Below the pieces are notes generated by a model. The model searched no databases. It had not been told where the DNA came from and worked only from the letters and a program-made list of their open reading frames with translations. This document shows, piece by piece, positions 25,323-30,599 of a stretch of 30,599 nt of DNA; position 1 is the first letter of the stretch, and each line of letters begins with the position of its first letter. Made by a program: the position numbers and the translations under genes. This DNA comes from a virus (Duplodnaviria; Caudoviricetes): positions 1 to 30,599 of IMG/VR virus record IMGVR_UViG_3300042887_004862. One strand, 5' to 3'.

Positions 25323-25396
25323 ATCTGGAAGACAGGAAAGCAGGAACCGAGCAGACCGGCCCGGTTCCCTTCCTGCCTTCCTGCCTTCCAAATTGA
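25319..25396. repeat. Family A arm pair without a cargo gene
   Basis: gaatctggaagacaggaaagcaggaa (25321-25346) - 23 nt - ttcctgccttcctgccttccaaattg (25370-25395). Confidence 0.9.
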
Positions 25397-25403
25397 ATTG
25401 CCC

Positions 25404-25724
25404 ATGACCCTCCAGGCCCTCGCCGACATCGCCACCGGCCGCACTGCCGAGCCGGCCCGCCTGGCGCCGAAGGACGCCGCCACGCTCGCCTCGATGCGCC
25501 GCATCATCGCCGAGGCCACGGGCCAGGCCCGGAAGGCAGAAGGCAGAATGAAGAATGCCGAAGCCGCCGGGCCTGCCCCGGTTTCTTCATTCCGCGTTCT
25601 GCCTTCTTCCTTCGCCCCGCCACCATGGACGGCGCCCGCGTCAGGTGACGATGATTGCCCACGCGCTCCAGCTCGCCGCCAAGCGTTACCTCGCGGTAAC
25701 GGTCGGCGGCATCGCGGCGGGTGA
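25404..25724 (+). CDS. Possible short ORF that reads into a family B repeat
   Basis: First ~42 codons look coding; the rest is repeat/motif sequence and overlaps the next gene. Confidence 0.3.
   Translation: MTLQALADIATGRTAEPARLAPKDAATLASMRRIIAEATGQARKAEGRMKNAEAAGPAPVSSFRVLPSSFAPPPWTAPASGDDDCPRAPARRQALPRGNGRRHRGG
25532..25613. repeat. Family B heptamer palindrome, copy 4
   Basis: gaaggcagaaggcagaatgaagaatgccgaa - 20 nt - ttcttcattccgcgttctgccttcttccttc. Confidence 0.88.
25621..25650 (+). promoter_or_regulatory. CACCATGGACGGC motif, copy 6
   Basis: ATGGAC at 25625-25630; in-frame GTG at 25645 and ATG at 25651 follow. Confidence 0.6.
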
Positions 25725-26226
25725 CGTCGCCAGCACGACGCACGGGCTCCCCCAGACCGTGTCCGATGGCGGCACGGCCAACCTGACCGACACCGATGAC
25801 GTGCCCCTGGCCGGCGGCCGGGCGCTGTTCTTCCTGGCGGGCGAGGACAACGATCACGCCGATCTGCCCTGCATCATCTGCGCCTGCACCGGCACGTCGC
25901 AGCCGCCGGGCGACTTCACCGGCAACCAGATTGCCGAGCTGACGGTCACGATCCATTACCCGGCCGACGACATGGTCGATCCCGCCAATCCCGGCGCCGG
26001 CAATCTCGGCGTCGCGACCATTGCCGAGGCCTGCCGCCAAGCCGTGGCCGATGCCCTCTACGTCGACGACTTGCCCGGCGAATTGAACGACGCCCGGGAA
26101 GATGCGGATGCGCTCACCGTCATCGGCGTCGTCAGCAGCTTTGCCGACCGTCGCTTCGTCACCGAACGCGGCCGGGCCGTCGAATTCACCGTCAGCCTCA
26201 TGTGCGCTGGCCTCGATCTCACCTAA
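25651..26226 (+). CDS. Tail terminator-like protein
   Basis: Acidic 191 aa with DLPCIIC, directly before the tail-tube-like gene. Confidence 0.5.
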   Translation: MIAHALQLAAKRYLAVTVGGIAAGDVASTTHGLPQTVSDGGTANLTDTDDVPLAGGRALFFLAGEDNDHADLPCIICACTGTSQPPGDFTGNQIAELTVTIHYPADDMVDPANPGAGNLGVATIAEACRQAVADALYVDDLPGELNDAREDADALTVIGVVSSFADRRFVTERGRAVEFTVSLMCAGLDLT

Positions 26227-26244
26227 ACCAATCCAAGAAACTTT

Positions 26245-26670
26245 ATGGCAGTGACTCAAAAAGGAATGGGCGTCGCCTGGGGCATCACGACCTCCGGCTA
26301 TACCTACACGGGCGCCGCGACCACGCTCAACGTCAAGTCGCTGGAGCAATCGCTGACGCGGGACGCCGAAATGGTTGAGGTCAAGGACGCCAATGGCGAA
26401 GCCGCCGGCCTGGTGTTCTTCAATCCGACCAGCGAACTGACCCTGCGCGTCTATCCGTTCAACGCCACGACGCTGAGCGGCGCCGCTACGGCCGCCGCCG
26501 CGCTTCCGGCGGTGGGCGACAAGTTTGTCATCACCGACGCCAGCGACGCCAGCATTGCGGGCGATTACGTCGTGATGCGTGTGGGCAAGACCCGCTCGTC
26601 CGGGGCGCAGGTTGAGTTTGACCTGACCGTGAAGAAGTGGGCCACGGACCTCTCCGCCACCATCACCTAA
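26245..26670 (+). CDS. Major tail tube-like protein
   Basis: 141 aa, beta-rich, EVKDANGE; A-rich leader; before the chaperone and tape measure genes. Confidence 0.6.
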   Translation: MAVTQKGMGVAWGITTSGYTYTGAATTLNVKSLEQSLTRDAEMVEVKDANGEAAGLVFFNPTSELTLRVYPFNATTLSGAATAAAALPAVGDKFVITDASDASIAGDYVVMRVGKTRSSGAQVEFDLTVKKWATDLSATIT

Positions 26671-26673
26671 GCC

Positions 26674-27300
26674 ATGCCCGAAGGCCTCGCCGAACTCTAC
26701 GCCCGCGCGCATGTGCCGGTCGCCTTCGAGGTGGCCGGCACGGCGCTCGAACCGTTCACGCTCGGCCATGCGATCTCGCTCGAAGTCCTCGGTCAGGCCG
26801 ACCTCGCCGACGATGACCTCGCGGGCCTGCTCCTGGCGCTCGAAGTCTGCCGCCGGCCGCCGGGCGCCTTCCTGCGCGGCACGCCGCGGCTGGCCTTCCG
26901 CCTCGGCCTGCGCGTGCGCGCCTTCTGGCTCGGCGTGCGCTACGGTCCGCTCCGCCTGCTCCGCGAGATCCCCAAGTTCCGCGCCTACTGCCGGCATTGG
27001 GGCCAGATGCCCAGCTTCCGCAACGATCCCGCCCAGGGCGAGAGCACGGCCGGCGCGCCCTTCCTGGAGCACCTGCTCGTCTGCCTGATGGCCCGCCTCG
27101 GCTATTCCGAGTCCGCCGCGCTGGCCCTGCCGCTCGGCACCGCGCTGCTCCGTTACACGATCCACTGGGAAACCGAAGGCCGCCTCGAACTGGCGACCGA
27201 TGCCCAGGACGAACTCGCCGCCGCCCTCACCGCCGACGCCGCCCAGCGGCACGCCGAAATCCTCGCCGCCGCTAACGCCCGTCTGGCGGCCTCTGCCTAA
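26674..27300 (+). CDS. Tail assembly chaperone-like protein
   Basis: Position between tube and tape measure; LEPFTLGH, RLGYSESAALALP. Confidence 0.5.
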   Translation: MPEGLAELYARAHVPVAFEVAGTALEPFTLGHAISLEVLGQADLADDDLAGLLLALEVCRRPPGAFLRGTPRLAFRLGLRVRAFWLGVRYGPLRLLREIPKFRAYCRHWGQMPSFRNDPAQGESTAGAPFLEHLLVCLMARLGYSESAALALPLGTALLRYTIHWETEGRLELATDAQDELAAALTADAAQRHAEILAAANARLAASA

Positions 27301-28400
27301 TGGCTCTTAATCTCCTCGCCAAACTCGGCCTTGATATCAGCCCGTTCACCCGGGGGCTGAATGCGGCCCAGAACGCCGGCAAACGCACGGCGGACGTGTT
27401 CGCGCGGGACATCGGTCCGTCCATCAAGGAAGGGCTCTTCGGCGCCCTGTCCGCCGGGGCCTTCGTCGGCGGGGCCAAGCAGATCATCGACTACGCCGGG
27501 CGCGTGAATGACCTGAGCGAGCAATTCGGCATCGCCCGCGAGGAGATCCAGACGCTCGCCGGCGCGGCCGAGGACAGCGGACTGGAGTTCGAACGCCTCG
27601 GCGGGGCCCTCGACAAGATCGGCCAATCCCGGCGCGATGCCGCCGAAGGCAACGCCAAGCTGCGCGAGGAATTCGCCAAGTTCGGCATCTCGCTCGCCGA
27701 CCTCAACGACCCGGCGCGCAGCAACCTCGACCTGCTCAAAGCCATCGGCGTCGCCCTGGCCACGATGACGCCGACCGCGGCCATCCGTGAATCGTTCGGC
27801 GAATTGGTCGGCGAGAAAGGCCAGCGCCTGCTGGAGCTGGTCAAGACGCTGAAGGAACTGAAACCCATTTCGCTCCTGTCCGATTCCGAGATCAAGACGC
27901 TCGACGAATTCGGCGACCGGGCGAACAGCATCTTCCGGTCATTCAAGACGCTGGGCGGCCGGGCCCTGTCCGATGCGATCAGCTTCGGCGACGAGGTCGG
28001 CAAGGCCAACGGCGGCGGCATCAAGGGCGGCATGATGGGCGCCCTCGGCTTTCTCACGACGCTGCTCCAGGCGCCGATCAATGCGATTACAGGGCAGGGC
28101 GCCTTCGGTCCCGAGGGCGCCACCGAGCCGCTGACGCCCGAGGAAATCGCCGCGGCCAAGGCGAACGTGAACGCGCCGCCGCTGTTCACCGAAACGGAAA
28201 AGGCCGCCCGCACGGCTTCAGCCAAAATGTTGCCGACCTTCGATCCGCGTATTCCCGCCGGTGGCCTGGCTTCGGCCGGCCTCTTCTTCGGCGGCGCCGG
28301 CAATCCGCTGATTCGTGAATCCAAGCAGCAAAGCGAACTGGCTCGCCAATCGGTGGAAGAACTCAGACGCGTCCGCGCAGCCATCAGGGAGGAACTCTAA
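27300..28400 (+). CDS. Tape measure-like protein (366 aa)
   Basis: LLAKLGLDISPFTRGL N-terminus, NDLSEQFGI, FAKFGIS; helical Ala/Gly-rich. Confidence 0.75.
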   Translation: MALNLLAKLGLDISPFTRGLNAAQNAGKRTADVFARDIGPSIKEGLFGALSAGAFVGGAKQIIDYAGRVNDLSEQFGIAREEIQTLAGAAEDSGLEFERLGGALDKIGQSRRDAAEGNAKLREEFAKFGISLADLNDPARSNLDLLKAIGVALATMTPTAAIRESFGELVGEKGQRLLELVKTLKELKPISLLSDSEIKTLDEFGDRANSIFRSFKTLGGRALSDAISFGDEVGKANGGGIKGGMMGALGFLTTLLQAPINAITGQGAFGPEGATEPLTPEEIAAAKANVNAPPLFTETEKAARTASAKMLPTFDPRIPAGGLASAGLFFGGAGNPLIRESKQQSELARQSVEELRRVRAAIREEL

Positions 28401-28403
28401 GCC

Positions 28404-29240
28404 ATGGTCATCAAGGGCACTGTCACCCAATCGCTGACGCCCGGCGTCAGTTGGTCCCCGCGCGGCGGCCGGCTCGAAGAAGCCCGCGTCCAGATCCTGC
28501 ACGCCGACCTTGCGGCCTACGAAACGACCGCGCAGGCCGCCGGCTACGAATACCGCTACGAGCCCGTCGGCAATTCGCCGGTCGGTGTTTTCAGCTACAA
28601 GCGGCCCCAGGCATCCCAGATCGACGAAGACCTCAGCGACACCTGGGCCGTGCGCTACATCACCGAACAGCGCGACATCTGGCTCGATGACCTCGTCGTC
28701 GCCCAGATGGCGACCATCGCCACCGCCGACGCCCGGGCCCGCTTTAAGGCCGACATCGAGGCCATGCTCCGCGGAGAGACCAGCCGGCCCGCGCTGGTAG
28801 ACGCCGATGGGATCACCACGCAGGCTGAGTATGACCTGACGACCGCCGACATCATCGCGAAGGCCGGCAAAGAAGGGGACGCCGCCTTCACGGCCATGAC
28901 CAACGCGCTGGTCGACGACCTGAGCAACGGCGTGACGTCGCAATTCGTCAGCACCCCGGCGCTGGTCCGTTCCTCGGTGCGCCCCGCCTTCACGTCGCTC
29001 CAGCCCGTCTTCAGCTACATTAACAGCCTCTGCACCACCGCCGGCCTGCTGGCCTACGAAACCACGATCCCCAGCAACCTCGCCGCGGCGCTCACCGGCA
29101 CCCTCAGCGCATACTACTGGCTGATGCAGGCGCCCACGATGGAGCAACAGGAAGACGGCCGCTGGCGCTACCAGCGCGAATACTGGGGCGTCCCGAGGAT
29201 TGCCAATCTGCTCACCGACCGTATCGTCACCCCAACATGA
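28404..29240 (+). CDS. Putative tail/baseplate protein after the tape measure
   Basis: 278 aa; position; YWLMQAP...GRWRYQREYWG. Confidence 0.5.
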   Translation: MVIKGTVTQSLTPGVSWSPRGGRLEEARVQILHADLAAYETTAQAAGYEYRYEPVGNSPVGVFSYKRPQASQIDEDLSDTWAVRYITEQRDIWLDDLVVAQMATIATADARARFKADIEAMLRGETSRPALVDADGITTQAEYDLTTADIIAKAGKEGDAAFTAMTNALVDDLSNGVTSQFVSTPALVRSSVRPAFTSLQPVFSYINSLCTTAGLLAYETTIPSNLAAALTGTLSAYYWLMQAPTMEQQEDGRWRYQREYWGVPRIANLLTDRIVTPT

Positions 29241-29452
29241 CCCCGCTGCCCACCACCCTCGTCGGCTCCAGCCGCGGCCGGATCACCCGCCGGATCGCGG
29301 CACTGGAGAATGTCATCTACGGCACCAATCCCAACGCCGCCGACGGCACCTTCATCACCCGCACCCCGCGTGGCACTTTCATCCGCTCCCGCTCCCGCGG
29401 CACCGCCGCCGGCACGGGCAGTCAGCAATCCCAAATCCCCCGCTGGCTCTGA
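29237..29452 (+). CDS. Hypothetical protein (71 aa)
   Basis: ATGA-coupled; ITRTPRGTFI. Confidence 0.5.
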   Translation: MTPLPTTLVGSSRGRITRRIAALENVIYGTNPNAADGTFITRTPRGTFIRSRSRGTAAGTGSQQSQIPRWL

Positions 29453-29518
29453 CACCGAAACCGGCACCCAATCACCGCCCCACTCACCAAACCCAGCAAA
29501 TCCGCCCAAACCGCCGCC

Positions 29519-29565
29519 CCTTGACACGGTAGGGGTCACAGGTTCGAAACCTGTATCGCGCACCA
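29519..29565 (+). mobile_element. attP core: 3' half of tRNA-Val(GAC)
   Basis: Anticodon loop TTGACAC 29521-29527, ggtag, gggtc, T-arm acagg-ttcgaaa-cctgt, atcgcgc-a-cca; no D-arm or 5' acceptor strand upstream; next to the integrase. Confidence 0.88.
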
Positions 29566-29581
29566 TGCGGAATTGTTCGAG

Positions 29582-29605
29582 AAAAGGCCCTTCGGGGCCT
29601 TTTTT
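29582..29605 (+). terminator. Intrinsic (probably bidirectional) terminator after attP
   Basis: aaaaggccc-ttcg-gggcctttttt. Confidence 0.85.
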
Positions 29606-29695
29606 GTTGCCCTTCCGCGGTGTGGGGGCCGGGCGGGCGGCGGGCTTCGTTGCCGGTGGGATGCCGGTTCAAACGGTTTTACACGGGTTGCGTTC

Positions 29696-29713
29696 TGGCA
29701 CCATTTGGCACCA
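29696..29713. repeat. Direct repeat TGGCACCA x2, possible integrase arm-type sites
   Basis: tggcacca-tt-tggcacca between the att core and the integrase ATG. Confidence 0.5.
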
Positions 29714-29724
29714 CGCTCGACAGC

Positions 29725-30599
29725 ATGGCAGGCAAGGTCACGGTGCGAAGGGTGAAGCGGCGCGGGGAATGGCGCTGGTGTGTGGATCGCGTGGAGCAGG
29801 GGCGGCGGGTGCGGGAGTTTTTCCGCGCGGCCCAGGAGGCGGAGGCGCATGCGGTGGCGTTGCGACGGCAGCGGAGCGTCGCGGGGGATTCGTGGATCCG
29901 GCTGTCGGCGGCGGAACGGGCCGAGCTGATCGAGGTCTATGCCGCCGCGCGGGCGCGGAATGTGTCGCTGCGGGACGTGTGGCAGGAATGGTGCGCGCAG
30001 GCGCCCAGCCGGGCCAAGGCGACGCCGACGCTCGCCGCGGCCGTGTCGGCCTGCCTGGAGGCGAAGCGCGCGGCCGGGCGGCGGGAGCGTTATCTGTCCG
30101 CGCTGTCCGCGGCGCTGGGGCAATTCATCCGGGGGCGCGAGGAACTGGCCCTCGGCAGCGTGACGCGGCTGGAGATTCAGGCGCATGTGGGCGCGGTGGC
30201 GTCGCTGCATTCGCGGGCGACGCGGCTCAACCGGCTCTCGACGCTGTTTGCCTGGGCGGTGCGCGCCGGGCATCTGGACGCCAATCCGTGCGACCGCATC
30301 GAGCGCGTGACGCCGGAGCAACGCCCGCCGCTAATCCTCACGCCGGAGCAGGCGCATCACGCGCTGGCGTTCACGCGGGACCATTGGCCGCGGTATCTGG
30401 CGTGGCTGGCGCTGACGTTGCTGGCCGGCGTGCGGCCCGAGGAGGCCGAGCGGTCCGAATGGTCCGCCATCGCCCCGGGCCATGTCGTGATCGCGGCGCA
30501 GACGAGCAAGGTTCGCTGGCGGCGCGTGGTGCCGCTGATGCCGCTGGCGGCGGAATGGCTCGCGGAAGCGCGGAAACGGGAGGCGGAATTGCCCCTGCC
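29725..30599 (+). CDS. int: Tyrosine integrase (3'-truncated by the window; absent from the ORF track)
   Basis: Manual translation from ATG 29725 is open to the end: LSTLFAWAVRAGHLDANP, ILTPEQ, LLAGVRPEE (catalytic Arg), SKVRWRRVVPL. Confidence 0.9.
   Translation, partial: MAGKVTVRRVKRRGEWRWCVDRVEQGRRVREFFRAAQEAEAHAVALRRQRSVAGDSWIRLSAAERAELIEVYAAARARNVSLRDVWQEWCAQAPSRAKATPTLAAAVSACLEAKRAAGRRERYLSALSAALGQFIRGREELALGSVTRLEIQAHVGAVASLHSRATRLNRLSTLFAWAVRAGHLDANPCDRIERVTPEQRPPLILTPEQAHHALAFTRDHWPRYLAWLALTLLAGVRPEEAERSEWSAIAPGHVVIAAQTSKVRWRRVVPLMPLAAEWLAEARKREAELPL

Noticed and set aside
1606-25613. CRISPR array interpretation of the repeats
   Set aside because: Copies are dispersed kilobases apart, often inverted, with no regular repeat-spacer period and no cas genes
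26674-27300. Programmed frameshift in the tail chaperone
   Set aside because: A single ORF abuts the tape measure start and no clear slippery heptamer was seen
29490-29565. Complete tRNA-Val gene
   Set aside because: No 5' acceptor strand or D-arm, and the anticodon stem 5' side pairs at only about two positions

Overview
GC-rich temperate tailed-phage segment, all genes on the + strand. It runs from the terminase small subunit through lambda-like packaging and head genes (GpA-type terminase, gpW-like, portal, S49 protease, capsid), neck, tail and putative lysis genes, to an attP site (3' half of tRNA-Val GAC) and a tyrosine integrase cut by the window end. A Verrucomicrobia/PVC-type host is only an inference. 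Accessory genes in the late region are two amino-DNA methyltransferases, QueC plus a TGT/DpdA-like protein, a GT2-TPR glycosyltransferase and SSB. The most striking signal is non-coding. Several short tandem-unit (7/8-mer) repeat families sit almost only at gene junctions. A ~27-bp family (A) brackets lower-GC accessory cassettes as inverted arms and also occurs as an empty arm pair. A heptamer palindrome family (B) sits just upstream of four of six copies of the motif CACCATGGACGGC, which lies a nearly fixed distance before structural-gene start codons. Together these suggest repeat-bounded cassette exchange or module shuffling, coupled to a phage-specific late promoter. Protein calls come from motif recognition by eye; no searches were run.
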